This document shows positions 28,794 through 38,667 of a stretch of 64,000 nucleotides of DNA, piece by piece. Numbering within the stretch: position 1 is the stretch's first letter; each line of letters begins with the position of its first letter. Position numbers and translations under genes: made by a program. Source of the DNA: a virus (taxonomy: Duplodnaviria; Heunggongvirae; Uroviricota; Caudoviricetes); the IMG/VR virus record IMGVR_UViG_3300031087_000514; one strand, given 5' to 3'. A model generated the notes under the pieces. The model was not told where the DNA came from, ran no database searches, and saw only the letters and a program-made list of their open reading frames with translations.

Positions 28794-29582
28794 ATGCTTC
28801 GGAAAGTCATTATTCGCACCCTGCTGTCCATCGGTGTAGTCTATTTACTCAACGCTGCCATTTTGTTCTTCTTCCAGCCTGTTGATGTTCAAACAGGAAC
28901 TGCCTCCGTTGTCAAAACGCAGGAGTTCGGTGGGTTTAAAATTCTCACTGTTCCTCATCTGCGTTCAGGCGGAATCGGGGGTTGGTCAGCGGAAGCAGGA
29001 GGTTATGTAGATATGCTTTCTCCTGACGAAACCGCATACGTGAATCCTCATATTGCTGGGGACAACCTCACGCAAACATCGTACTTATACCGGCATGAGT
29101 TTACTCACGTGTTACAGAAACAATTAGTTGCAAAAGTATCTGGCGGATATCCAAGTGCATGGAATCCTGTCCGATCCACTATTTACTATGTGAATCTTAT
29201 TCGTTTGAATAATGATTTGGAAAAGCTGATGCCAAAGATGAATGAAGATCAGCAAGTTGTTGCAAAAGGGTTGGAATCTGCTGCAGAATGTTACGCTCAA
29301 CCGTATTCAGAGAAGAGCGAAGAAGCTGTTTACTATAAAGCCCCTTATATCTTTCCTCGATACTGCAATGCTGAACAAGTCGCTATTGCAACGAAGCTAT
29401 TCTCAGGAAAATGGCCTAAACCTTTGACTGTTGAGGAGAAGAAAAACCTCACTCCAGTTAACATCACAACAGTAGACCCACAGAAGCTTGCAGAGAAAGA
29501 GCATCAGCAGTTCTTGAAAACTATGAAGCAGCTTATCAATTCAGCGCAAGACCTTGCGGACAAAGCGAAGCAGCAGAAATAG
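28794..29582 (+). CDS. membrane-anchored protein with HExxH motif (putative zinc metallopeptidase)
   Basis: N-terminal TM then YRHEFTHVLQ. Confidence 0.4.
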   Translation: MLRKVIIRTLLSIGVVYLLNAAILFFFQPVDVQTGTASVVKTQEFGGFKILTVPHLRSGGIGGWSAEAGGYVDMLSPDETAYVNPHIAGDNLTQTSYLYRHEFTHVLQKQLVAKVSGGYPSAWNPVRSTIYYVNLIRLNNDLEKLMPKMNEDQQVVAKGLESAAECYAQPYSEKSEEAVYYKAPYIFPRYCNAEQVAIATKLFSGKWPKPLTVEEKKNLTPVNITTVDPQKLAEKEHQQFLKTMKQLINSAQDLADKAKQQK

Positions 29583-29583
29583 C

Positions 29584-29889
29584 TTACGCGTTATCCCAGT
29601 TCTGAACAGCTTTTTTGTCAGTCACACGACGTTCGTGGCGCTTTTGTTCTTTCCCTGAACGGTCTGTGCACATCCAACATCCACACAAACCATGTCCTGT
29701 GTAGGCGAAGTGCCAACGGCAGGTCAAATCGCGCCATTCCTTGTTCGTCAACTTTAACTGGTCAGTAGGAGACTCAGGTAATGTGCATTCACCATTAGCG
29801 TGATCGTGGTCAGCTGTAGCTCCGACTCCTTTATCAGACTTGTCAGCCATTCTTACTTCAATAGGGCGTGTTTTTCTTGTACGACTCAT
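29584..29889 (-). CDS. Cys/His-rich small protein (putative zinc-binding)
   Basis: CRWHFAYTGHGLCGCWMC cluster; start uncertain (29889 or 29849). Confidence 0.4.
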   Translation of the reverse strand: MSRTRKTRPIEVRMADKSDKGVGATADHDHANGECTLPESPTDQLKLTNKEWRDLTCRWHFAYTGHGLCGCWMCTDRSGKEQKRHERRVTDKKAVQNWDNA

Positions 29890-30046
29890 AGTATTTATCT
29901 TATCGGAAAAAAGAAGCTCAGCGAAGAAACAAAACGTTGAGAACATTTGTTTACATAAATGACACACTCGGAAGCAACTGAGTTTGAGTTTCATCACAGA
30001 TGTGTGTTATGATAGGTCAGAACCACGTAGAAAGAAGTAAAGGTTT

Positions 30047-32545
30047 ATGAATAGCCGTTTTACGGATTTAGCTTTGCAAATCGTCCGCCGCGCTGTTGCC
30101 ATTGCAACTGATGCTGGAGCCTCACAGGCAGGAAGTGAGTATTTCCTCTTAGCGTTGGTTGAGAATGACAACACTAAGGCAAAATTTAACAACATTGGTG
30201 TTACAGCTGACAATCTTTCTCGTTTGATTGCCACCTCTTTTCCACCTTCCTCAGCTGATCGTTTCAGTAAAGAAGGGAAGAGTTTCACTGATGAAGCAAA
30301 AAACATCATTGAGAAAGCTTTCCACACTGCTTTGAATGTTGCCACCCAGAAGAAGGTCTCCACTGATGTGTTGATTCTTTCTATTCTTCGGGAAGCGAAC
30401 TCCCACGCTCACCGTTGCCTTGAAATGCTTGCAGTTGACATCCAGCAGTTGGAAACCATCGTCCTTGCCAGCATCAGCTCTTCCAATGGCGAAGAGCGCA
30501 CTTCCGGTGCAGTATCTGAACCTGACATGGCTATGTCTGGTGCGCGTGCGCAGAATGCTAACAGCAAGACTGCTATGTTGGAACAGTTCGCTACGAACCT
30601 TTCCGCTCTTGCTCGTGATGGGAAACTTGACCCTGTAATTGGTCGTTCAAAAGAAATTGAGCGCACCTTGCAGGTTCTTTCACGCCGCACCAAGAACAAT
30701 CCTATTCTGGTTGGTGAGCCAGGTGTTGGTAAGACTGCTATTATTGAAGGTCTTGCACAGACTCTGATTGACTCTGACGTTATCCCTGACTCCATCAAGG
30801 GCCGTGATGTTTGGTCCTTGGACCTGGCTGGCATCCTCGCTGGAACAAAATACCGTGGTGACTTTGAGCAGCGGTTGAAGAAGCTTGTCAAAGAGATTCA
30901 GACTGCAAATGTCATCGTCTTCATTGACGAGATTCACTCCCTCATCACTGCTGGTGGTGGGGAAGGTTCACTGAACGCTGCCAACATCCTCAAGCCTGTA
31001 CTGGCTCGTGGTGAAATGCAGACAATTGGTGCAACCACGTATGATGAGTTCCGCAAGCATTTTGAGAAAGATGCTGCAATGGCACGCCGTTTCCAGCAGG
31101 TTGATGTGGTTGAGCCTACTGTTCCTGATGCTATTCAGATTCTCAAAGGTCTACGTGGAGAGTATGAGAAGCACCACAAGATTACTCTGACAGACAAAGC
31201 TATTGAAGCTGCTGTCACGCTGTCTTCTCGTTACATCAATGACCGTTTCCTTCCTGACAAGGCTATTGACTTGATGGATGAAGCTGGGGCGAAAGCAAAG
31301 ATTTCACGTCTGACTACTCCTGCTCCGTTGAAAGCTCTGGAAGTTGACCTTCTTGACCTTATCGCTAAGAAGGAGAAAGCTATTGAAGCTGAGGATTTCC
31401 TTGCTGCTGCTGACCTTCGCAATGAAGAGTCGAAGCTGAAGAAGGTTCTTGCTGAGGAAACTGATAAGCACCGCTCCTCCGATGACACAACAGTTGTTAC
31501 TGATGTTGACATTGCTGCTGTTTTGACTGCTGCAACAGGCATTCCTGTCACTCTTGTGCAGGATGAAAGCAAGCGTCTTGTTTCCATGGAAACAGAAATT
31601 GCTGCTCGTGTTGTTGGTCAGAAAGCTGCCATTCAGACAGTTGCTCGTAGTGTTCGTCGTCAGCGTGCAGGTCTGAAAGACCCGAACCGTCCAGCAGGTT
31701 CATTCATCTTTGCTGGTCCGACAGGTGTTGGTAAGACTGAGCTTGCGAAAGCTCTTGCCCAGTTCCTGTTCCAGGATGAGTCAGCTCTTATCTCACTTGA
31801 TATGAGTGAGTATGGCGAGAAGCACACAGTTTCCCGTCTGTTCGGTGCCCCTCCTGGATATGTTGGACATGAAGAAGGTGGACAGCTGACTGAGCGTGTT
31901 CGTCGTAAGCCGTACAGTGTTATCCTGTTTGATGAGATTGAAAAAGCTCACCCTGATGTATTCAACCCACTTTTGCAGGTTCTGGAAGAGGGCCGTTTGA
32001 CTGATGGGCAAGGCCGTGTTATTGACTTCAAGAACACCATCATCATCATGACAACAAACTTGGGTGCCAGTAAACTGGCATCAGGCCCAATGGGCTTCCA
32101 GGTGTTTGGCAACGCTGACGCTTCCTACGAAGCTATGAAGAACAAAGTCATGACTGAGTTGAAGCAAGAGTTCAAGCCTGAGTTCCTGAACCGCCTTGAC
32201 GATATGGTTGTCTTCCCTCACCTGACCGAAGAAGACCTCATCGAAATCATCGATGTGTTCATCGCTCGCCTCAATGTTCGCCTTGTGGATAACAACTTCA
32301 CTGTTGACCTTACACCTGCTGCGAAGAAATATGTCGTCAGTGTCGGATACGACCAGACATTGGGTGCGCGACCATTGCGTAGAGCAATGCAGCAGTTGGT
32401 TGAAGATGGTATCAGTGAAATGATGCTCTTCGGAACTGTTGAAAGCGGAGAAAATATTGTTGTTGATTACGTCAACGAAACTCTCACATTCAATGGGCGA
32501 AACAGGGATGAAATTACATTCCCTGCGGAGCCACTGGAAGCGTAA
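30047..32545 (+). CDS. clpC: Clp ATPase, ClpC/ClpB family (two Clp_N repeats, two AAA+ modules)
   Basis: [10 protein letters not shown] and [15 protein letters not shown] Walker A motifs, short middle domain, 832 aa. Confidence 0.9.
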   Translation: MNSRFTDLALQIVRRAVAIATDAGASQAGSEYFLLALVENDNTKAKFNNIGVTADNLSRLIATSFPPSSADRFSKEGKSFTDEAKNIIEKAFHTALNVATQKKVSTDVLILSILREANSHAHRCLEMLAVDIQQLETIVLASISSSNGEERTSGAVSEPDMAMSGARAQNANSKTAMLEQFATNLSALARDGKLDPVIGRSKEIERTLQVLSRRTKNNPILVGEPGVGKTAIIEGLAQTLIDSDVIPDSIKGRDVWSLDLAGILAGTKYRGDFEQRLKKLVKEIQTANVIVFIDEIHSLITAGGGEGSLNAANILKPVLARGEMQTIGATTYDEFRKHFEKDAAMARRFQQVDVVEPTVPDAIQILKGLRGEYEKHHKITLTDKAIEAAVTLSSRYINDRFLPDKAIDLMDEAGAKAKISRLTTPAPLKALEVDLLDLIAKKEKAIEAEDFLAAADLRNEESKLKKVLAEETDKHRSSDDTTVVTDVDIAAVLTAATGIPVTLVQDESKRLVSMETEIAARVVGQKAAIQTVARSVRRQRAGLKDPNRPAGSFIFAGPTGVGKTELAKALAQFLFQDESALISLDMSEYGEKHTVSRLFGAPPGYVGHEEGGQLTERVRRKPYSVILFDEIEKAHPDVFNPLLQVLEEGRLTDGQGRVIDFKNTIIIMTTNLGASKLASGPMGFQVFGNADASYEAMKNKVMTELKQEFKPEFLNRLDDMVVFPHLTEEDLIEIIDVFIARLNVRLVDNNFTVDLTPAAKKYVVSVGYDQTLGARPLRRAMQQLVEDGISEMMLFGTVESGENIVVDYVNETLTFNGRNRDEITFPAEPLEA

Positions 32546-32550
32546 AAGAT

Positions 32551-33123
32551 ATGAGCTTAGAAGCCGCAGTGCGTTCTTTGTTGCAGCATCATGACATACC
32601 AGAACAGGTAATCATGAAGCTTACAGCAGGGAACCCTGCGGCTTCTTTGCCGTATCACAACAATGAGCATAACTTCATGCTTGCCGTGAATGCTCATAGC
32701 ATTGGTGAGCAATTAGGTATGGATGACGACCTGTTGAAACACTTACTGGTTGCAGGTATGTTTCATGACTACAATCACACGGGAACAGCATTACCTGATT
32801 CCGTGAACATCCAAAAAGCATTACACTTCTTACATCAGAATAGTCAGGTGTTCGTAGAAGCAGGCTTGTCCGTTCCATTGCTGCAAGTCTTGATTCAAGC
32901 AACAGAGAACCCTCCCGCAGAAAACTATACACTGCCTGAGCAGGTTATGCGTGACGCTGATTTACTTGGCTGGTGTGACCAGGATACAGAAGAACTGATG
33001 CAAGGACTTGCAGAAGAGTTCGGTTCTCCTGTTACAGAACAATCGACCAGAGATTTTTTACAAAACGCTCACATTTATACTGAACCTGCACGCAAAAAAT
33101 TGAGGCTTGCGGGTTGGCTGTGA
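32551..33123 (+). CDS. HD-domain phosphohydrolase (class-I cyclic-nucleotide phosphodiesterase-like H...HD motifs)
   Basis: YHNNEHNFMLAVNAH ... GMFHDYNHTG. Confidence 0.55.
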   Translation: MSLEAAVRSLLQHHDIPEQVIMKLTAGNPAASLPYHNNEHNFMLAVNAHSIGEQLGMDDDLLKHLLVAGMFHDYNHTGTALPDSVNIQKALHFLHQNSQVFVEAGLSVPLLQVLIQATENPPAENYTLPEQVMRDADLLGWCDQDTEELMQGLAEEFGSPVTEQSTRDFLQNAHIYTEPARKKLRLAGWL

Positions 33124-33145
33124 AACGTGATACCATTATCATAAT

Positions 33146-33799
33146 ATGATGAAAGAAATTTATATCTCAGTAGACATTGAAAGCGACGGTCCGATTCCAG
33201 GACCTTACTCCATGACAGCCCTAGGCGCTGTTGTCGCAGGCTACAGGACTGACACTGGTGAAGTGGTCAAGCTTGACGTTACAATCCCTGAGAACCGATT
33301 CTACGCCGAAATCAAGCCTATTTCAGATGACTGGCAACCAGAGGCAATGAAAGTTGGCCTGTTTGCAGGCTTTGGTGCGGCTCAGGCGGAATTGGACACT
33401 GACGGCTCGCTCCGTCGTGCGTACATTTTGGAGCATGGACAGGATCCGAAGGTAGCGATGACAGCATTCGCTGAGTGGGTGGAAGAGAAGAAGAGTCAGT
33501 ACGAGTCTCGTAGTGCAGTCTTTGCAGCATACCCGCTTGGGTTTGACTGGATGTTTACTTACTGGTACTTGGTTGCTTTTGCACAGGTTCAGTCTCCGTT
33601 TGGATTCTCTAAGCACATTGACATCAAGACTTTGTTTGCAGAGAAGGCCGGACGGCTCATTCAGGGAGCCACAAAGCGGAACATGCCGAAGTCTCTGCAT
33701 TCTAAACTTCCTCATACTCATCTCGCTATCGATGACTCGGCAGAACAAGGTGAGCTGTTGATGAACATCTTTGCTTGGGAAGGCTCTGCCCACAAGTAA
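33146..33799 (+). CDS. DEDDh 3'-5' exonuclease (DnaQ/oligoribonuclease-like)
   Basis: SVDIESDGP, FDWMF, H..AIDD motifs. Confidence 0.65.
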   Translation: MMKEIYISVDIESDGPIPGPYSMTALGAVVAGYRTDTGEVVKLDVTIPENRFYAEIKPISDDWQPEAMKVGLFAGFGAAQAELDTDGSLRRAYILEHGQDPKVAMTAFAEWVEEKKSQYESRSAVFAAYPLGFDWMFTYWYLVAFAQVQSPFGFSKHIDIKTLFAEKAGRLIQGATKRNMPKSLHSKLPHTHLAIDDSAEQGELLMNIFAWEGSAHK

Positions 33800-33836
33800 C
33801 CTTGACAAAGAAAGCATTGCTTGCTACTATAACCCT

Positions 33837-34424
33837 ATGATTATGACTATGCAGGATGCTTTCGGAGGCGCACTTCCCTACGGGAAGCACCTTGATGAGC
33901 CTTCTAAGACAATTGATAGCAACCTCTTTGCACAGAAACTGTATGAAGAGGTTGCTATCATTCTTGAATCGTATCGAATCGCACTTCCTGACCTTGACAT
34001 TACCTTCAATACTGAGGAAGGTAGCGAGGTTCTGGACGCTACTTTGCAGCGCACGTATGCGTACCGTGATGACATCACAAATCATCTCCGTCTCGCTCGT
34101 AAGGACTTGGAGAAGACCCAGCGCGAACTTGGCCAGGCTTTGGAGTCCAAGAATCCGAACTTCAAACGTATTGAGGCGCTTACAGCTACACTTGTGGAGC
34201 AGCAGGATTTCCAGCACCAGATTTACGTGAATGCGCATATCCCTCTGCTACTTGAGAAGCTGTTACAGGCTATCCAGTACGGCTATAACGAGAGTACAGT
34301 TGAGGGATGGGCATGGACTGCTCGAACCATTTTCAGGGCCTCTCTGAGCCTTACAGGGTCAAACGCACTGTACTCCCGTGTCCTTATCTGGACACATAAA
34401 GAGCTTCTGGAAGACGCAAAGTAG
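33837..34424 (+). CDS. hypothetical protein
   Basis: ATG chosen over the upstream TTG that lies inside the preceding gene. Confidence 0.45.
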   Translation: MIMTMQDAFGGALPYGKHLDEPSKTIDSNLFAQKLYEEVAIILESYRIALPDLDITFNTEEGSEVLDATLQRTYAYRDDITNHLRLARKDLEKTQRELGQALESKNPNFKRIEALTATLVEQQDFQHQIYVNAHIPLLLEKLLQAIQYGYNESTVEGWAWTARTIFRASLSLTGSNALYSRVLIWTHKELLEDAK

Positions 34425-34426
34425 CA

Positions 34427-34699
34427 ATGCGGATTCATGAAGGCAAGTCTCCTCTTGCGAATGGCATTGAAACGGCAGAAGACTTAGATGCTTATATGCA
34501 TTGGCGGTTGGAGATTGCAGCTCAGCGGTTAGCTGAAGTCTTACGTTGTCTCCCTAAGGAGTATATTACAGCTGACGAAGATGGTGTCAGTTCTAACCTG
34601 CATAACCTCATCGGTGATATGAGTAACTTAGCCAGTTGTGTTCGTTTGGGTCCTTCCATGCGAAAGTTGCCGCGGACGAATACTGATATAACCGAATAA
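34427..34699 (+). CDS. hypothetical protein
   Basis: ORF 90 aa. Confidence 0.4.
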   Translation: MRIHEGKSPLANGIETAEDLDAYMHWRLEIAAQRLAEVLRCLPKEYITADEDGVSSNLHNLIGDMSNLASCVRLGPSMRKLPRTNTDITE

Positions 34700-34709
34700 A
34701 TTTTACTCA

Positions 34710-34764
34710 CCTTTGCTCATGTTCTATATTTATCTACCAGTTAGATATAGAACATGAGCAAAGG
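34710..34764 (+). promoter_or_regulatory. 20-bp perfect inverted repeat sequestering the GTTAG box and start codon of the ART gene
   Basis: cctttgctcatgttctatat / atatagaacatgagcaaagg with 15-nt loop; ATG 34754 lies in the 3' arm; no U-run. Confidence 0.5.
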
Positions 34765-35662
34765 CATTAAACAAGCAGATGGAACACTCTGTTACGCAAA
34801 GAATCCAGATACCTGCAAAAACCATGGATCACCGTCACCTTTTGATCTTTTCGAAGCTGCGATGGCGAAAAAGGATATTGGTGGAAGACTCAATGCGCAA
34901 GTGATGTACAAAAAACACATGCATACCCAATTAGCTGCTCAGTTCCAAAATAACAAGCCTGCCGCAACACAGGTAATTTCGGGTTTTAGGGATTACAGTT
35001 CGCAGTCAGTAGAAGCATTGAAGGAATACAATGAAGAATATCAACAAGCTTCTACTAACTGGTCAGATGACCAAAGAACTGCAATCAAAGACTATACAGG
35101 TTTGAGCTACAAGAATGTAAATGAGTTCCTTCGTAATAAAGAGGAATGGTTAGAAAAAGCTACACCTCAATACAAAGATAAGATGGTAGCACATGTTAAT
35201 GAAGTAATTGAGCAGCTTGATTCTGTCATGGATCAGACATCTAATACGAAATCAAGAACTGTGTATAGAAATGTCTCACAAGACACTACGAAGGCTTTCA
35301 CGTCTTCTGAGGAGTTTGCTCATCGTAATGGCTGGGTTGAAGGTAAAGAGGTAGAATTTCCTTCTTATCTTTCAACATCCTACGACCCACACTACATGGC
35401 TCATCAGCTTGGACAGGATGAAAGCGAGCATACAGATGTTGTATTCGTAATGGAAACGAACAAGGGAGTTCCTGTTGATATGACTGCATTAGATGCCAAA
35501 GGTCACACGTATGTGCAAGACGCAGAGCGGGAGATTCTTCTTCCTCGCAGTATGCGTTTCAGGGTCAGTAAAGTAACTCGCAGTGTTGGTTTTGAACCCT
35601 ATGAAGAAAACAACAATAGTAGAGCTGTTTTCCCTCTGACTGTGTATCTTGAAGAGCTGTAG
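34754..35662 (+). CDS. ADP-ribosyltransferase (R-S-E class), third paralog
   Basis: VYRNVS, YLSTSY, QDAEREILLPR motifs; N-term CYAKNPDTCKNHG; GTTAG box 34740-34753. Confidence 0.7.
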   Translation: MSKGIKQADGTLCYAKNPDTCKNHGSPSPFDLFEAAMAKKDIGGRLNAQVMYKKHMHTQLAAQFQNNKPAATQVISGFRDYSSQSVEALKEYNEEYQQASTNWSDDQRTAIKDYTGLSYKNVNEFLRNKEEWLEKATPQYKDKMVAHVNEVIEQLDSVMDQTSNTKSRTVYRNVSQDTTKAFTSSEEFAHRNGWVEGKEVEFPSYLSTSYDPHYMAHQLGQDESEHTDVVFVMETNKGVPVDMTALDAKGHTYVQDAEREILLPRSMRFRVSKVTRSVGFEPYEENNNSRAVFPLTVYLEEL

Positions 35663-35676
35663 ACATCTCCTTTAAT

Positions 35677-35730
35677 CAAAAGCGGGTTGACTACTCACAT
35701 AAGTAGTCAACCCGCTTTTCTATATTATTT
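35677..35730. terminator. bidirectional terminator
   Basis: 18-bp stem aaaagcgggttgactact/agtagtcaacccgctttt. Confidence 0.8.
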
Positions 35731-36548
35731 TAGCAATCTCCGTATAAAGAGAATGGAGAAGTAATACTACTGACAGTACCGTTATCTCCGTGGACAAGAG
35801 TGCCAGCGATGTTTCCACTGGCTGGGTCAGTCTTTCCATAAGATGGGTCCGTTGTGACCTCTGCTACAAGTGACTGGTAGGTGTGGCCGTTATAACTTAC
35901 AGGGTCGCTTTGAACTGCATTTGGAGCTTTCTGCAAAGCTACTTTCCAGGTGTTACCCACCTGGATTTCGTTTGGTGTTTCAACAACACGTTCATAGTTC
36001 TGGTTAGGTTTCGCCGTGGACACGTAGAAGCTTTTTGCTGTTGCAGGGTCTTTGGTTCCTGAGGTGAATGTGATACTCATGTTATCCCATGCCCAGGTGT
36101 TGAACTGATATGAGCACATTTCCTCAGTTGAGTAATGTTTTGTATCAGGTTGTTTGCCGTACAGCTCGTTGAGTGCTGTGACTGCCGGTGCTGGGCTTTG
36201 ATTGTATGGGAAGGACTTCAACACTGTTCCGTTGAGATTTTCAAAGCGAAGAGTATCAGCCCCAATGACAACCACTGTGGTCTTCACTGTTGGTTTTGGA
36301 GTGACAGTTGGCGTTGCTGGCTTTGTTGTGGCAGGAGTACTAGGCGATGTCGTTGGTTTAGGAGTAGAGCTCGGCGTAAAAGTTTCAGTCGGGGTGGGTT
36401 TAGGCTGCGTAGTCTGTGAGGGAGCAGGTTTAGATGTGCTCGGAGCCTTCGTCGCAGAAGGAGTAGGATTAGGGCTGGAAGAACATCCAGCAAGGAGGAT
36501 TGAACTCAAGGCAACTACTGTGATTGCTATGAAAGGTACGCGTTTCAC
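35730..36548 (-). CDS. lipoprotein with Pro/Thr-rich linker and C-terminal globular domain
   Basis: GTG start giving MKRVPFIAITVVALSSILLAGCSS (lipobox LAGC) with GAGAAAGAAG RBS; long PT-rich tract. Confidence 0.55.
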   Translation of the reverse strand: MKRVPFIAITVVALSSILLAGCSSSPNPTPSATKAPSTSKPAPSQTTQPKPTPTETFTPSSTPKPTTSPSTPATTKPATPTVTPKPTVKTTVVVIGADTLRFENLNGTVLKSFPYNQSPAPAVTALNELYGKQPDTKHYSTEEMCSYQFNTWAWDNMSITFTSGTKDPATAKSFYVSTAKPNQNYERVVETPNEIQVGNTWKVALQKAPNAVQSDPVSYNGHTYQSLVAEVTTDPSYGKTDPASGNIAGTLVHGDNGTVSSITSPFSLYGDC

Positions 36549-36807
36549 CGTTGATACTTCTTTCTCATGTTTGGGCTTAAACGGGGTTATCGGTGGTACA
36601 AACACAGGAGAAACACGTCGTTATCGTTTCGTTGCGGAACATAATACTCTTGGATGATTCCATATTTTTCTTGTAAGAATTGCGCTTTTCGAGACATTTC
36701 TTAAGGTCGTTTTATAGAAATGTCTTACTGCGGGGTGAGACAGTACAATATTTTAAAATACGGGAATGACTGGTATCGTTGTATTGTGTAAACGTTAGAG
36801 ATGGTAC

Positions 36808-37851
36808 ATGCCAAAATTAATCATCCTCAGAGGAATCCCTGCGTCAGGGAAATCAACATACGCTCAAAAATGGGTTATGGAAGACCCTGCAAACCGTGTC
36901 CGCATTAACCGCGATGATATTCGTGAAGCGCTCACAGGTGATGCAACAAACCATAGTCGTGAGAAAGAAGTAACACAGTACCAGGAAGCGCTCATTGAGC
37001 GTGCTTTGAAAGAAGGTAAAGATGTCGCTTCTGACAACACAAATTTGAACACCAAATTCTTACCTGATACGATCAAGAAAGCGCAAGCTGTCGGCGCTAC
37101 AGTTGAGCACAAAGACTTCCCTATTACAGTGGATGAAGCTCTTCGTCGTAATGCTGGACGTGAACGCAAAGTACCAGAAGATGTCATTCGCAGAATGTAC
37201 AAGAGTTTAGGCCCTAAGGGTGAGTTCCCAGTGTTCCCTGGCTCATACCCTACGAAACCTTTTACTGCGCCAAACAGCCGTAAGCCAGCTGTCTGCTTCG
37301 ACATGGACGGCACATTGAACGATGTGTCAGGTGTTCGTCACTTCATTGACCCTCAGCCAGGCGCTAAGAAGCGTTTCAAAGACTTTGACTCATTCCACCG
37401 CATGTCTGAGTTTGAACCAGCTCATGAAGCTGTTTTGCAGTTAGCTAAAGATGCTCATGAATCAGGCTATGCTGTCCTCATCACCACTGCTCGTAGCGAA
37501 CCATATCGTGAGACAACACAGAAGTGGTTGGATGACCATAACGTGCCATACGAGAACATTTTCATGCGCGGTGAGAAAGACTATCGTAAAGACTACGATG
37601 TCAAGAAGGACATGTTCACTGAAATTGACAAACACTATGATGTTGTTCGTTGTGTTGATGACAACCCACAGGCTATTCAAGCGTGGAAGGAAAACAACAT
37701 TGCGGTGACAACAGTGCCGTTCAACTATGACGGACGTGAAACTCCTGTCGTCATCAACAACCCATTCCGTTCGGGTGTATGCATCCGTTGCGGCAAACCA
37801 TTCAAAGGTGAAGGCACATTAGGTCCAACCTGCCGAACAAAAGCTGCGTAG
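36808..37851 (+). CDS. polynucleotide kinase/3'-phosphatase paralog with C-terminal Cys-rich tail
   Basis: GIPASGKST P-loop, CFDMDGT HAD motif, C-terminal CIRCGKPF...GPTC; GTTAG box 36794-36807. Confidence 0.8.
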   Translation: MPKLIILRGIPASGKSTYAQKWVMEDPANRVRINRDDIREALTGDATNHSREKEVTQYQEALIERALKEGKDVASDNTNLNTKFLPDTIKKAQAVGATVEHKDFPITVDEALRRNAGRERKVPEDVIRRMYKSLGPKGEFPVFPGSYPTKPFTAPNSRKPAVCFDMDGTLNDVSGVRHFIDPQPGAKKRFKDFDSFHRMSEFEPAHEAVLQLAKDAHESGYAVLITTARSEPYRETTQKWLDDHNVPYENIFMRGEKDYRKDYDVKKDMFTEIDKHYDVVRCVDDNPQAIQAWKENNIAVTTVPFNYDGRETPVVINNPFRSGVCIRCGKPFKGEGTLGPTCRTKAA

Positions 37852-37860
37852 TAAAAAGTT

Positions 37861-37905
37861 AGGGCTGGAACCACATATCAACTGTGGTTCCAGCCCTATT
37901 TCATT
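37861..37905. terminator. bidirectional terminator
   Basis: 14-bp stem agggctggaaccac/gtggttccagccct followed by atttcatt. Confidence 0.8.
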
Positions 37906-38200
37906 AAAGACTCTTAACCCATTCCCATTCTTGGGGGAGAGTTAGATTACGTTCTGTCGCTCGTTTCTCAGCAACCACAACAGCTGTCTTAACCTGCTTC
38001 TTTCCTGCTTCGCTCAACTCAACCTTTTTCAGATCGTTCACAGCCATTGTAATAAAGGAAGCGCTGACGCTATTGATAACAGGGGACATGTTGACAAAGT
38101 TGACAACAGCTTTTTTCTCAGCTGCTGCATTGCGTTTCTTTTTCTCTGTAGCAGCCTTTTTCTCTGCTGCTACTTTCTTCTTCTCATCTGCATCACTCAT
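37904..38200 (-). CDS. Lys/Ala-rich basic protein (histone-like / HupB-tail-like AKKA repeats)
   Basis: MSDADEKKKVAAEKKAATEKKKRNAAAEKKA N-terminus. Confidence 0.5.
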   Translation of the reverse strand: MSDADEKKKVAAEKKAATEKKKRNAAAEKKAVVNFVNMSPVINSVSASFITMAVNDLKKVELSEAGKKQVKTAVVVAEKRATERNLTLPQEWEWVKSL

Positions 38201-38361
38201 CTTCTCAGTATACCATCGATGAACCAACAAATCCATACTGAGAAGTTCCGATTACGACCGATACCGTTTGCATGGAAAATAAACGCGAATCATATTTTGA
38301 ACACGACTCTTCCTTGCTGCCTGATCGTAAACAGTCGGATAGGGTTGTGTTTTCCACTGTT

Positions 38362-38433
38362 ATGATTCAAGGGTTGATTGTAATAGCGATCATTGTCATC
38401 GTTGCTGGTGCTGCATACATGACAATGGATTGA
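38362..38433 (+). CDS. 23-aa hydrophobic peptide (MIQGLIVIAIIVIVAGAAYMTMD)
   Basis: Single TM-length ORF in an otherwise noncoding 500-bp region; no convincing RBS. Confidence 0.25.
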   Translation: MIQGLIVIAIIVIVAGAAYMTMD

Positions 38434-38477
38434 TTTCCTACTTGCATGCTTAGAATTCTTATGCTATGCTATCTCTT

Positions 38478-38605
38478 GTCGCCAAAGTTCAATCAGGCCG
38501 AACACTCAGTTAGAAAATGCAGGTTGCAAACTGTTCTTTTCTAATCGTCGGAAAGCGCGCTGACGAAAAAATGAGAGGTTGTAGGTTCAAATCCTGCTGG
38601 CGGAA
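38478..38605 (+). ncRNA. tRNA-like small RNA candidate (non-canonical); promoter TTGCAT-17-TATGCT at 38442-38470
   Basis: T-arm GTAGG-TTCAAAT-CCTGC at 38581-38597; acceptor-like pairing gtcgcca (38478-84) / tggcgga (38598-604); D-arm-like gttc..gaac; middle region too long for a standard anticodon arm; terminator follows. Confidence 0.3.
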
Positions 38606-38615
38606 CGAATAAAAG

Positions 38616-38667
38616 AATAGCCTCAGAACCCAGTAAAGTAAAGGGTTCTGAGGCTATTCTTTGTTGC
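38616..38667 (+). terminator. rho-independent terminator
   Basis: 16-bp perfect stem aatagcctcagaaccc/gggttctgaggctatt followed by ctttgttg. Confidence 0.8.

Noticed and set aside
30409-30891. 160-aa minus-strand ORF
   Set aside because: Antisense shadow inside clpC.
33323-34238. two minus-strand ORFs (33323-33817, 33726-34238)
   Set aside because: Antisense to the exonuclease and following gene; no start context.
36202-36657. 151-aa plus-strand Gly/Val-rich ORF
   Set aside because: Mirror image of the Pro/Thr-rich linker of the minus-strand lipoprotein gene; compositional artefact.
38478-38605. canonical tRNA gene
   Set aside because: T-arm and acceptor-like pairing are present, but I could not build a standard anticodon arm or variable-loop geometry; kept only as a tRNA-like ncRNA candidate.
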